Shown: positions 24,920 through 38,924 of the stretch, piece by piece
Position numbering within the stretch: position 1 is the stretch's first letter
Layout: every line of letters begins with the position of its first letter
From: Raillietiella orientalis
Taxonomy: Eukaryota
Assembly: GCA_036172245.1 (NCBI GenBank)
Contig: JAYWIR010000028.1
Location: 2,418,001 to 2,482,000 of the forward strand
Length of the DNA stretch: 64,000 nucleotides
Direction of reading: 5' to 3'
Notes under the pieces: model-generated
Database searches by the model: none
What the model saw: the letters and a program-made list of their open reading frames with translations, nothing else
Told to the model about the DNA's origin: nothing
Program-made: the position numbers and the translations under genes

Positions 24920-27900
24920 GATTCGGGTGGGAACTCCGACGGCTTTAGAATCCAACTCATCATGACTGCCAAACGCCTTCCAAGAAAGGCAAACACCAGC
25001 AAAGATCAACAAAGAGCAAAGTCAACTTTGCATACGCGGAGCCTGTTTCTATAGCTGAAAAGGGAAGCTAGCCAGAGGCTACCCCTCTTCGTGAGGCACA
25101 TGCAAGCTTTCAGAGTCCTTCACGGTTGTCGCCTAGCGATGAATTGAATTTCGTTTTCTAAGTGCCTTGTACGGAACATCACCATTCCTCGCTCTTCTTC
25201 CTGTCCAAAGCACGCAGCTTGAGTTCTCAGCCTGCTTTGCTCGTCATGGTCTGATCCCTCTTCAATGACTGTTTCGAGATTTCGAACGAGTCCACCTTGG
25301 CCAAAGAAACGCAGTCAAACCTGAAAACCAAGGAAACCACCGCCATCCGACCCACTGATATCTCAGCAATGAAGAACATTTGCCAAACGTGTTCGACTAC
25401 CGAGTTTTAGCCCGTGAACTACATAATTTCTTCTCGTCATGGGGCTGTCAGAACTCGATTTGTTTATCAAGAAAAGGGAAAATTCAATTTTCCGCCTCGT
25501 CCAACAAATTGATCGAATTCTACGTCTCCCTTTCATATGCATTTCTTTTGGCGTTGTTATCCTGTTCGCATTCTTGTCGTGAAAGAACGGCCTTTCGCTT
25601 CAGCAGCCACTCTCAGCAGTTTCACGTAAATCATTTTGAGTACCTCTGTAGCATTATTATCGTACGTTCGAGTACGGAACACTCCCGCAAATCCAGCATT
25701 TCACCCATCAGCGCACTTTTGCAATACTGTACTCATACACATTGTGTTATCGTGGGGGGCTGTGGCTCCTGCGCGGAATTCCATCTTCGTTCAAACGAGC
25801 TCATGCTTTCCTCTTTGCCCTCCGTGTAGCTCCGATTTTACTTCTTCACACTTGGCTTGCCTAGCGCCCGCGAGACGTGGATCCCTTGTCCATCTCACAC
25901 AAAGGACCTGCGTTCCTTCGAGTAGCAGCGGCATCAGAATTGGCAGTTTTTCAAAATCCACTTTTCGAAGTTCAAAGACAGGAGAGGGATGACCTTTGGA
26001 TCGAGGGACCCAAAGATCATATTCCAGATCCCGGATAGATTGGGGCACAACCACCAACAACCTGAAATAGACCGACTCGCAGCCTGAGGCAACCTAAGAG
26101 AGACTGACTGGTAACCTGACCCCAGATAGGCTGACGAGATCGTTACACCTTTTAATTTTTTTTCGAGATGCTTGTTTCTCATGAATCATTCTTCCTGATC
26201 TTGGGTAAAACTGTGCTTCGCAGAAGTGAGTTTGCCAGTTATGAATTGCTGAAGGTACGCTTACACCACTTGCACGTACCCCATACGGATGGTACGTTTC
26301 AGAGCATTCAGAACTTCGAGATCAAACAATCTGTAGTTTGAGTCCCAGTTCAGATGTATCGAGATTATCAGTTAGCCATGCAGATGTCTTGAACAGCGTC
26401 CTGATTGTTTGGAGCTCCGAAGACGATTGCAGTCTTGATACAGTCCAAAATTTTCAAGTGACTTAGTTGTCAGCTCTTGAAGACCCCTCTTGAATGGCCG
26501 ATGCACTACGCAGGTTTTGAAAAAAAAGAAGAAAAATAAATCCCATGAAATCATAGCCTCATCCAAGAAATAAGAATGCGTTAATCACTCTATGCTTCCA
26601 GCACAGAAGAAGTTTTCGGTTCCAATGCTAAATTGCAGTTGAGTCAGTAGTGTGCCTTTGATCTCGTCGATTCATTTCAGGAACTTTTAATTAATTCGCT
26701 TCCTCAGAAAGTTCCTGCGAACTCTGCTCATCTGAGGAGTGGCTGCAGAGTAGCTTTCCGAGATCCGCTTTATTTGTAATCTGCGACACTCCAGGCACCA
26801 AACGCTGCCTTATCCGATGAATCTGAACGGAAATCTTCAGATGCACTGGATGACTTTTCTTTTTTTCATGTGCTCGGGAAGTGAGGAAGTTCCCCACGTG
26901 AGTATGGAGCTTAATTTCGGGGAACCGTAGCCAATGCCAACAGCAGGAGCACGTCCAGGAACAGTCGTGCCAGAGTTTTTTGAAGCAGGTTTCGATGCTG
27001 GGAAAAGGCCCAATGCAAGCAAACTCGCATAAAGTCCTGTGAGGAACCGTCCAGCGAAGTCGCACGTAAACAGACCCCAGCATGAAGTTGAAACAGGCAA
27101 AAAAGAAATCGCTGTTCTCTCTCTCTCTCTCTTCGGGAAAAGGTAGTGGGTGCCATTCTCAAGGTTCGACGATGATGTAGCGATGAGTGCGGGGCCGACA
27201 GAGTCCTGGCCATTGCTCAAACATGGAATGTAGAGTTTCTTCAGTTCTGCTTCAGGCCTATTGGTAGACGCTGAAAGCACTCTAACCATCATCACGGGTT
27301 CACTCATCCACTGCTGCATCCGCAGTCCTCAGAAGATACTGCCGGCGCGGGTTCGCTTTTCAGGACAGCAGGGTTCCCTGAGCACGGTGGAAAAAGAGTC
27401 GTACGAAACCGGAACAGTCGCGCTCGTTAACAGAAGGAAACTCAGCCACAAACTCAGCCACTCCTGTCTAACACTGCTACCGACTGCGTCGAAGTCCTCT
27501 CTGACTATTTCAAAGTGGCAGAAGAGCTTTAGGGTATCGGAGCTTTTTCCTGAGAAAGCTCCGGTGCCACCGTACTCCCCGAAATTGCCCGCACCCCATT
27601 TCTCAAAGGCAGCCCCTCTCGCTCCCCACATTAGACCTCCACGACACGGCACCTGTTTTCCTGGTTTCTCTGGCGCTGTCTGGCTAGTCGGCGTTTCCGA
27701 AGGGATGTTTCCCTCCTGCACACGCAAGTTTACCAAGGTAGGTAGTTCGAGGGTAAGGCGAGACGCAGAGGGGATGGGATATGAGTTCCCTTGGAGAGCA
27801 GAACCCCCAATAGTGGAACCGCTCGCTTTTCCACCCTGCCGCGCTCGCTGTCGCCTGCCGACCTCGATCTCACAGCTACCGGTCAGCAGCCAAGGGGTCG

Positions 27901-30900
27901 ATGAGCGAGCCGCCCTTCCCGTATCACGAGGCATCTTGCGTCGTCATCCCGCGGATTCCTCGCTGGATCCGGGTGGGAGTCGTGTTTCGCGAGGCGCACA
28001 GACGAGGCGAGGCGACCGACGTCCGGGTTGGGATCGACCATCCAGAGCAGCGGCTGCTCCCCGCACGAATTCACCAACTCCCACGCAGCGTGCATCCGTT
28101 ACGATGGCAGTGCTCAATATTAATGTACAAATGCATGCCGTCTTAATTCGGATTAGTACTAGAGCTGCCCGCGACAAAACCTGTTTTTCGCCGCATCAAT
28201 AATGCAGATGGGAAAAACGAGGAGAAAAGAACATCGACCTCACTTTCCTCTTGTTGTCGGTGTCATTGCCCTTCTTCTTATTATTACTGTTGTCATCATT
28301 TCGTAATCCTCCGCTGCCGAACAAGCCGTTGCCACGCACTGCTTGCGTTTCTCCGAGGAATTTTTTCCGGACGAGGGAAAATCGCGAAGAAATCCGTAAG
28401 AGGGTAAAAAGGAACCGCGCGTTCTCCCTGGAAACGGGAGAAACCTCCGGGGACACGAGTGGTCGTACGACGGAAGAAGAAACATTGCTAGTTTCCTCTA
28501 GCGTGCGAGAGAAGACTGCCGCTGGGGCCACCTTCCGCGCCCACGCAGGGCTGGGCTTGGAGCGGGCGAGCAGGACGGCGGAAGAGCCGAGACGGCTCCT
28601 GTCATCACGGCACTCTGGGATGCTCATTGAAAATAAATAAATAAAAACACACGGTGGGAAAACAGTCAGACACTTGCTGTCCCGACATCCCTCTCCGGGA
28701 AAATCACGGCATGTCAAGGTGGACACTGCAAAATGGCGTCTCGAGGTGTGTTCTTTCATTGCATTGCATTCCCGCCGCCGGAGGCATTCCCACGGAGCGT
28801 AAAATTCGGGAGCAGTGCCAACTCAGAAAATCTCCCTGTCTACCTCCCGCTTGGAGCAAGGAGTTGAGGAACTGTGCTCACGCCGCCGCTGGGTTTCGAA
28901 CCCGCGACGCGAGCAGCACCGCATGGGCGCGGCCAGCACGCAGCATCCCGTCGAGCTGGAACGGCCGACCGCGAAAATCGCGCCCAATAGATCTTCGGAA
29001 GCCTCGAGGCGGAAAAACTGGGCTTCATCCCTGCCTAGGGTGGTCAGAAAAAGGAAAAAAAAGCACACAAAGCACACTCATCCCTCACGTGATCGTTCCC
29101 GAAGAAGGGTCAAAGAGGCACCAGGGTGGGGAAACCAGGTGCTCAAGGGACGAGAGTGACTCTTGACAGCATCCCTCCTGCCAGCCTGCGTACCAGACCC
29201 AGCGAGCAAAGCGGGTGTCTCCTCCCTATTTGCTCGAGGGCGGTTTCCGGATGAAAACGCGCGGGAAGACAAAGCGTGATCTGCCGTCGGGGAAGCGGAA
29301 GTTTCTCTCCCGCCGCCACCGGCGGCTGCTCCATTTCCGGTGTTCCCTTCCAGAAGGATTGTTTTCCCATCGTCAGCCGACCGTGTTGACGAATGTCTCG
29401 GAAGGCACCCAGTGGAGGGAGGGGCGCCAGTGTTTGTTCAGTAGTCAGGGAGAGATGCCGCCTCCGGGGATCGGTCCGCAGTATTTCCTTAAGCGTTCCC
29501 GGAAACCTTGCTGCCGATAAAAAGAGGAAATGGAGGAAGTACATTAGCAGGGATAGGAAGGCGTCCCGAAAGGGAGGTTGAGTTTCCCTTTTTCTTTTTC
29601 TTTTTTTGGAGGTGGGGGTGGGGGTGCCTTCTCATATGAGGCATGCAGGATGTGCTGCAATTCCTCCATTTGCCTTTGCCGCTTTTTCCTCCACTTTCCC
29701 ACAGTCTGACTTCCTTACTTCTCTTCCTTTTTCCTTTCTCCTCTGCTTCCTCTTTCTCCTCTGCACGTGCGCCTCCAGCACTTCTCGCACAGGATGGAGA
29801 AAGGAAGGAAAAGATCGCTCCCGCATAGATCGGGAGGACTTCGCCCCTGGGAGTCGCAAGATGGAACGCTCGACGCACCGCACCCCACTTCCAGGAGGAT
29901 CGCATTAGCAGCTCGCGCGGTTTCAGGTCTTCGGGCAAGAAGACCTGGAACCGAGCGTTTGCCGACGCTCCGTCGAGAGTTGGCACCTTGAACCCACCTG
30001 AGGGTTCTCATCTGAGTCGTGGTCCATCTCCGAGCCCGGTTCGTGCGCGACATGTGTCCAAACCTCCGTTGGGTTCATGCGTATATGTGGAGGACCCTAG
30101 TTCGGGATCTCGGACGTCCCTCTTCAACTCCCCTCCTGGATCGAACGGGAAGCTCAATTCTGGGCACAACTTTTTCACAAGTTCTCCCTCACGAGAAAGA
30201 AAGTGTTGCCAGTCTGCCAGGGGATGCGTCCTGGGAGCTCACGAGAGTTCTCGAATTCTTCCTGTTCTTTTCTTCCTTTTTTTTTTCTCGCTTGTTTTCC
30301 CCTCCCAGCGAAAATCGAGGTCAATTGGCGAGAAATAACCCAGGGCGAGTGGACTTATCGTCCCCGAACGCTCATGCAGGAATCCACGGAGAACTTCTTG
30401 AGGCGCGACTGCTAGGAATTCGCGTTTTTCCAGAGTCCTGTCTCGTCTTTCGGAAGCCCTCCCCCCAAAAGGGGTGCCATTGTCAAGCGATTTCTCCTCA
30501 TCGCAGCTTCTCTCGTGATCTCTCCCATCCCTGAACCATGGGAGCAGTCGAGTCGATCAAAGAATTTCAAAGAGCAGCGAAATTCCCTCCTTGAGGTTTT
30601 TTCCATGGGTCTGCCGTCCAGCATCCGCTCGTTCAGTCTGCAGATGAACTGGACGCATGGGAATGGGGTTTGGGAAGATGTCGAGTGAGCAAAAAAAATC
30701 TCTTTTTCCTCTCCGTCCTGATTCTTGATTCATCTGCCAATTCTCGAGCGAAGGGGCTGGTTACGAGCTCTTGATCTTCAGTGAACGATGTGAGGGATCC
30801 CCTTTCTCCTTGAGGTTAACCCTTTGTAAACGCTTCGGATGCAGCTTCTGAAACCAGACTGTGGACTCCGCCAGCCAAGACTCGTGAATCTTTGCCCACG

Positions 30901-33900
30901 GTTGATCTTCTGGAGGCTCCCGTCTCATCTCCCTCAGCGTTCATCCGTCTCATGGTTCTCGGACTCGCCGATCTCATGGCAGTGCAAGAAAAGAGTCCTT
31001 TGATCCTGCATCGTGCACAGAAATGGCTCGAAGTCTAGGAGTGAGGAAAGTCAGGGAATCTTTAGCACTCGATTGAGAAATTTCCTTGAACGGGACGAGG
31101 GTGAGGTTGGTACTAGCGAATTTCCCGGAATGCGCTGTTCCCTGAGGGGCGCGAAAGGTTAGGATAAGAAAAATTCGAGGGATCAGGCCGTTGGCTGTTC
31201 CGATGCTGTGGGATCGCTCCTTACTAATTCCTGCCTTTTTTTCTCTCCGTCTGACGTCCTCTTTCGGTCGTCAAACGCGGGACCCCAGAAGGGTGAGGAA
31301 TTGCCCTGCCTTCTTCGTTTCCTACCGATCTGCCGGCTCTCCGATGGCTCTCCTCTATCATCGTTGCAGGATATCAAGATGACCGTTTTTCTCTTAAACC
31401 ATGGATTTTCTGCCTTGCAACAGCTCCAGGTACAACAAAGGAGGAGAAGAGTAGGAGGAAGAAAGCGAAGCAAAGAGATGAAAATGCAGCTTTGTCTAGA
31501 AAAGGGACTCAGTGCCAGGACGATGTCCCTCCATTCCGCGTTTTCCGGGAGATGGGGAAGGTTTGCTGCTGATGGAGAAAGTACCAGTAGAAGCAGCACT
31601 GCACGAGGCTTTTCGCACAATCGGATGCAGGAAAAGAGCGAAATGCGCAAGCGTTAGCGGATGGGAGCGCGAAGCGGTTTGGGACCAATTCCAAGCGAAG
31701 GAAAAAGGCGACCTCTGCCTGAGGGATTCCAGCACGCAGGATACACGGGTCTTACCTCTGGAAAAGGGATCGTGGACCTTCCTGAGCAGCAATTATGCTC
31801 AACCTTTTCAGCGTACCATGTCGAGATGCCTGTATCGTACAGCTTGTTTACGGACTCACTCAACCGATCACCTATCACTTCAACCACTCAGTTTGATATT
31901 GTGGCTTCTTGCGAGCCACAGAACCGCGAGTGGAGGTCGCCTTCTAAGAAAGCAAGTTCCCTCTACATGCTTGCCCTCCTTTTCGAGTCGTCCAATTATT
32001 TTGCATTCCACAAATGCAATCAGCCAGAGATGCTTTTGTTATTCATCTGAAATTGTCACTGTTCCTCTCTTTTCTCTCTCTGCCGTTTCTTTTTTCTTCT
32101 TAATCCTGTTTCTTTTGCTGTTTCTTTAGATAAAAAATAATAGCAAAAGCCCTTGTATCCGCTGTTTTTCTTTTTTAGATGACGCTGAAGAGTTCTCTGA
32201 TTAAACACTTCCATTTCATCGAGAGTCGATCCTGTCTGCTTCCGTACCACTCTTGCTTTCAGAAGAACTAGCCGAAAAACTCTTCAGCCGAAGTCTGCTG
32301 TGGGATTCTGTAAACGGCGTGGAGTTTGAATACGAGTCCAGCAAATCACCTGAAGCGAGATCCAGTCGGAAAATGCATTCCGAAAAAAAAAAGGAGAGAG
32401 GGAGGAATTGAACCTTCGCTGTCTGGCCAACCTTTCCTCGATTTCGGTGGCGATCTTCTCCCGCGATGCAGCTGATCTCAACGATGAAAACACACGGCAG
32501 GAGAGCATCTTTCCTCTTGGAGACCTCTCCCGATAAAATGGCGCCATTCCTGTCGTTCGAGATCGGATTCACCACAAAGGCAGAATCTTATCTTTACGTC
32601 CATCACATTTGCATAATAGGGACTCCAGGGCAAGCTTTCGAACATCCTCTATTCTTCCTCTTTCTTTAGTCTCGGGACTGTTTTTCATGCAAATATAAAA
32701 GAGAGCTCAATTAAATTGTCCGGCGATTCCATGTTTCACGAAGCTGTCAGCTTCATGGGAAAAGTAGGGATTCCGAAATAGATGGTTGCTGCTTTCCTGA
32801 TAACTCCAGGTAATTTCGGAAAACAGTTCCTTGGTAAGCTGTTCACTGGGAGGTTTCGAAATGACGATGACAAATGGATGTACCACGAGTCCGATTTTTG
32901 AACAGGGGTGTTCTTGAATAGGGAGATGCAGCAAGTGATCAAGGAGGTCTCGTAATGGAGAAAGTTCGTTCGCACGTCGCGGATACAATGGGATAAGGAT
33001 CGTGCGCACTAATAGGTGAACGCAATAGGGAAGGCAAAAAACCGAGGCAGGAAAACTGGAACGCCTTCATCGAACCAAATCTCGCCGGCTGCTCCATTAA
33101 ATTTTCTTCGGAATAAGGGGAAGCAAAGCTTCTTCCAGAAGAATAGAGGAAAGCGCAGCACCTATGGAAGACGACGAGAAGAAATTAAGGATGAACGATT
33201 CCCTTTATTCCTGATTTCCTGTTTCTTGGAACTTCTTGGGGAACAGGAAACTCCGTAGTTATTTGCTTGCTCCGTGGCGAGAGGTTTCCATCGCGACGAA
33301 TGAGGAAGCTAACGAGGATGCATACGTGCAGGACAAGAAAAGGAAAGGAAAAGGAAACGAAGGAATTCGTTTTGCTCCAACCATGACCGAGTCCAAAATC
33401 CAACTGCAGCGTTTCTTCAGAAGCGGATTGAGAGCAGATGGATTGTCCAGGAAAGAGGAGAGGCCGCTTTTGTTTAGGAGCCTCAGGAGATGAGAAAAGT
33501 GAGGCTACCCATCGAATGCATTTCTTAAAATAACCGAAGGCGAGGAAATAAATAGGGAGTAGGAAATACATACTGATGTTGGTCCAAAATGCAAAATTCA
33601 GAGTAGATTGCTTCCAAACTTCAGGGAAAGGATTTGCTTAGGTACATAGGCTTTAGGAGTGGCACACGCATACCACATGTTACATGATCACGAGAAACAA
33701 CTGCAACATTCTATGCAGAAAGCGATTCTCAACATTAGTTTGCATCTCTCAACATTTCCGGATTGTCGCAGATAGCGTAACATCACAAACTGCAAGCATC
33801 ACAAACTTCCGGAATAAAGCATGGCAGCTGAAGGACGAAATAGCGGTCTCCTGGGAAACCGATAGAGAGGCTCGGTCCGTGAGAATACTGCCATGCAAAA

Positions 33901-35312
33901 AGAGTGTGTTTTTACTGAGAAATGAAAAGGTTCCGTGTCTCTGATTTTCCTTTGAGAAGGCCGCATTTGTTTGCTTCACGAAAGATAGTAACGACGCCTT
34001 TTTGCACGCCTCCTATTTCGCGAGACGACCCCGCAGTTCTCCCTATCCCCGTAAGCTGTGCTAAGACGAAAAAACGTTGCAGATGCATATTTCTTCTGAA
34101 TGAAGTTCTCAAGATCAATCTGGAACCTTCTGGCGTGTTTCTCTTCCGTCTAGAGAAGTTGCCATTAGTTTGGCAGCCTGAGTTTCCTTTGAGTCATGAG
34201 AGTTTTGAGAATGAAACTGCTGGGAATGGAACCGCAACACCAAATGATGACGACCTTCCCGGAAACCGTACAAGGTGTTCCCGAATGCATTGGTGCCATC
34301 GATTTTCACACAAGAAGAATCCAAAAAAAGAAAGTGGATACCATGAAAATACGCACAACGGACTGGCATCTGTTTGACTTAAGATGAACATCAGCTGGTT
34401 TCCAAGGCTGCAAGAAAAGCAACCACCTCGGGGCGACCGATTCCGAATCGGAACGCTTCAAGAAGTAACTGCACCCATGTCGTCTGCAGATACATCGAAA
34501 AGTGAGATGAATATCTTCACCATTCCAATCTCTACAGAATAGCGGATAGCCAGTACCAATCGAATCTCTACGAAAGATCCATCTCTACAAATGCATCAGC
34601 CTAAAACTTGAAAGTTCCAAGGCTCTAAGGAAATCAAAGCATGGGCTCAGAGCGTTGGTTGCATTTTCTTCGCATTCTTTACTTGATTTTTGTGTTTCAA
34701 AACATCTTTCATGATGCCAATCGTCAAAGATAGCCACGAGAAATCACCAAGGATTAAAACTGCAGTGTTATATTCACTGAATGCTACTGATTTTTTTTTC
34801 TAATTTCACTTCATATCTGAGTACCCCCTTCTCCCAATTCCATGGACATTCTCATTTTGGGCATTTTTTTTTTTTTTTTCCGAGTTTAATGCTGAACTCT
34901 TCAAGGAACCAAAAGTGCAAAATGCAACCATAGGGAACGCAGCAATTAAAGCGCCTCTGGCATCTAACGTAGGTCCCTGGCCGCTGATTAATCGTATGTT
35001 CCTTGGTCATCTCCAACCTATCAACATGAAAGATCATCAAAGCCTGACCAAATGGGTGTTCAATCACTTCTTTCTGTGCTCTAATATCGCACACGCACTC
35101 GTCCAGGGCATTCATCATTCAGACGCTGATATTTGCAGATAAATGTGAGGTTGGCTTTCCAATTTTAACATTCTAGTTTCTCGAAGGAACGGCTGTATCT
35201 CTCTCCATGGGGAGAGTGGCTTCTCACTTGCTCATGGAGCTTCCAATGGGACGATGTCAAGGCCTCTTATGGTTTGAATGCCTAATGCAACCTGCGAGTT
35301 GTAATTCACATA

Positions 35313-35352
35313 AATGTTACCCTCAAAAGGTGAATGTTACCCTCAAAGGGTG
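35313..35352. repeat. 20-bp tandem duplication
   Basis: AATGTTACCCTCAAAAGGTG followed by AATGTTACCCTCAAAGGGTG (1 mismatch). Confidence 0.9.
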
Positions 35353-38300
35353 GTTCCTGCTTTTAGAACGCCGATCTTCTCTCCGAAGTTTTCCTTTGCG
35401 GGAAAGTATTTTTGTTATTTTTTTTTATTCTTCGCTTCTTGCAAAGTTGCGGCATCTTCATCATTTTTTCCTCCAGTGAGATCCTCTGATAAAGTCGAAT
35501 GCTACAGCTGCTGTGGATAAATGAGCTTTCCACGAACGCATAAGGTGAAAACAAATGCTTTTGGAAGGAGCAGGATGCTCAAAACTGGAGACTCAAGACA
35601 TACTTGCTCTGATGAGCTTGGAAAGAAATAACTGTTTCAAGCTGTGAAAGAATGAATAGGATCAGAAAAAGAAAAAAAAAAAAAAAACTAGAAAAGGCTA
35701 GTGGTCAGCAGTTACTTGAAATCTCTTTAGCAGCCTCCCACCATGAAGTAGTTTCCTGGGAATTCCTCTTTGAATCTTGTCTCTTATTAATTCTTGATTC
35801 AAAATGATGCACCTTTCCGGCTCATTTTTGGCAAGGCACCTTCTCTGAGGGATTTTTTATAATCCATCGCACCGAAACTGAGCATCTGAATCCGATAGCT
35901 GAGAAGCTGGGCATCGTTCCGCCTTCAAAGCAATGCCTCATCATCGAGCCACACTTAGTTGCCAGCATCACCAGACATGACCACTCTTGATCCATAGGAA
36001 AAGGTTGAATCCTGTATCGTTATCTAGCAGTGTCTGCTTGAACCTAAGTGTCTTGCTGAAAGGCTTCGGAAAGGTCTCTCCCACATATTTTGGGATTCTC
36101 AGCATGCAGTGACCAAACTAAGGAGTGAACAAGTATGGAAAATTCCCAGGACAGCATTTTTACTTTGATGCCCTCTCTATCGTAAAGTTGGGCCATGTAT
36201 CATTAGTCACGGTTTCTTTCCCGACTAGATCTCGTTTACCACACAATAAGCAGCAGTGCGACTGCTTTCAAACATCATGGAACGTCCGGCTGCAAGCGTT
36301 TTCCTTGTGATCAAAGTGGCACTAATATCTTCGAAAACTGTGCTGAAGATCAAACTCCACTATCATCTGAAGATGTTGCGTGTCACACATTCTTTGCTCT
36401 TTTCAGAAATAGGTATCGCTTGTACTCCGGGATATCAGTTTCTCTCTTCGTTATGTGCACGAGGCAGCTTGTGGTCCCAGCAGCATCCAAAGTAAATCAT
36501 GTTGATGTGGCGCAAAGTTGAGCATAGCACAAGGAAAAGTCCATCTTATACTGTGTGCTTCACACAAACCTCTTCGCGACTTATCCCAAATTTGGTTTGT
36601 CCTTCGAGGAGAGAAAATTAGCGTATTCATGTGATCCTGATGATTTCGTTTCTTTTTTTTTTTTTTCCTTTTTTTCCGGGAAAAAATGCAAACAAAAATT
36701 GCACCCAATTTGAAAGCACGACTGTGCTTCTTTTTTTTTTCTTCTTTTTTTTGATATGCTCTTTCATCACCTTAGTCCACTCTCTGGCAGGGCTCACGTT
36801 GACAAAATCTGGAATCTTCGCTTTTTGCTTTTGCGAGTTCCTTCTGACACTGCCGAGCTGACAAAATGTTGTGCCCCTCTTCGAAAAAAACTCCGCTGGC
36901 GACCATGTCACACGGATCCTTCCTTGACCCTAATGAAGTGCTTGAGTTTGAAAACGCCTGAGGATCTTGAGGCATGCTTACTCCGCGTTTATGCATGGAC
37001 AACTCGTCGTGGAAGAAGGAGAACGGTTAAATCAAGAAAAGCGCGGGTGCAGGATGAAATTCACCGTCTTTAGTCATCAAAATTAAATCCATTCTTCAGC
37101 GAGTTTGTCCGCCCCCAATCGACTAAATGGAGATCCATTGGGTTTGGGGGAAGAAATGGGGGAAGGCGCTATTTCCTGTTGTCAATGCATGCAGATCCCA
37201 TACGGGACAAACTGAGGACAAAGGATGACTCGGCGGTGCTCTCATCCGCTCCGTGATTCTAAAATCATCTATCCTGCTATTCACGAATGAAATTTTCAGG
37301 TACTTTAATGATTGGGAAGAAATACAACGGTGCAAATCAAAACGTGCGTTAATTGCGCTTTCTTTATGAGGATTCGTTTACAAAAGACATTGGATGATTT
37401 CCTCCGGAAAAGATGAATTTTTAAAGATCTACAGAGCCTCATAGAGACATTTTTGGTACTTTAAAATCGAACGAAATCTGTCACTTTTCTCGAGCATTCA
37501 CACTTTACATCCAGCTTGGCATATTTTGCAACGCCTTCAAGAGGATGGAAATTTTCGTTGCATGGCAACAGCACCACCATACTTAGCATCTCGCAAATAG
37601 TCGTTAGCAATTTAAAAAGCAGTGTACCGTAGCCCTAGCCATGGGATTGGAATTTTTGGTTGACTTTTTTTAATGAAGGTCTGCGACTGAATGTTCCCAA
37701 AATGCTCAGTTTACGAACAGCATTCTTCTTTGCTAGGAGCAAAATTTTATCGCGCTTAGAATGAAATAAGGAATATGAAAAAAAAAAAAAAAAACTGGAG
37801 GGTTGCGTAAACCATCGTCGAACTGAACTGAAAAAAAAAAAAAAAGGTGAACTCAATGTTTCTAAACACCGGGTCCACATCAGAATGGTGCGCAAGTCTC
37901 AAGCACCAGATTTGGCGGGTCGGCAAGTCTGCGCGATTCCGGAAACGAAATCGAAATCTCGTTGTCTCGGATTCTGTCAACAGCTTCTCACTTCTTTATC
38001 AATGCCTCCCAACCAGAAATATAAGTGGGGCCCGCCACCCTTCAAGCACCCCGAGCAGAGAAGAATCCACTTTAGATCGTAAAATTCCACAACCGCGGAC
38101 GAGAACCGATCAGGTGCCGACCCTTACGGCACTTTCGGAAAACGAGGTCGTTTAACCCCCGGAAGGCGTATCCGGGTTCACTTGGAAGTCAGTTTGCCGG
38201 CAGGTGGGTGCTAGTGGACCGCTGCAGCCATCTTGCAGCAATTTGAGCTGCGAGTGCCCAACCGTTCACTCTATTCCTCCGCGTTACCCCATCTGTGCTC

Positions 38301-38924
38301 CTTCATGACAGCTTTTCTGGATGTTAACGTGCGATTGCGGTAATCACGAATAACTTGCGCGGAGTTTGTGGATTCGCGTCTCTCGCACCGACGCTTCTCA
38401 CAAAAAGTGCCTGGAAACAAGCATCACTTCAGCTGCCGGTCCATCGGCAGCACCAATCCTCCTTGCCGTGTATTCCGCTCTCACGAGTTACACGCCGTCT
38501 CATTAGGGACGCATAGAACAGCAGTTGGTATTTGTATTCTGGTGATTAAATTCGATTCAAGAAGATAAGGATCTCTAAACTGGGAAGGGAAAACAGCAGA
38601 TAATCCCCGCGCAACTGCCACATGATTTGGGGATTCTTGCGTAGCTGCAACTTAGGGACGGATTTCCATTGCACGTTGACTGGTGCTGGGTTCGAACCCC
38701 CGACTCGAACCGATTTCCTACGTAATCTCTTTCGACTCGCTCTTGCTTCGGTGCTAATCGCAAGCGTCTGAGGTCATCTCGAAAAGAACAGGAGAATTCG
38801 TGAGGATCTGTGTACGCTCTCCCTACTCCAGGATTTCCTTAGGGTTGGCATAAACTGATCCGAATTCTCTCTGCCCTCGTGGTGCTGTTTGTCTCGAGAT
38901 TTTGTAACATAAGGGCTCACTTAC

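Noticed and set aside
26837..28202. Overlapping ORFs of 313 aa (+), 201 aa (-) and 160 aa (-)
   Set aside because: No similarity to any family I recognise and no convincing splice structure.
28880..28960. T-arm-like GTCGCGGGTTCGAAACCC on the minus strand
   Set aside because: No A box, D arm or acceptor stem, so it is not called as a tRNA.
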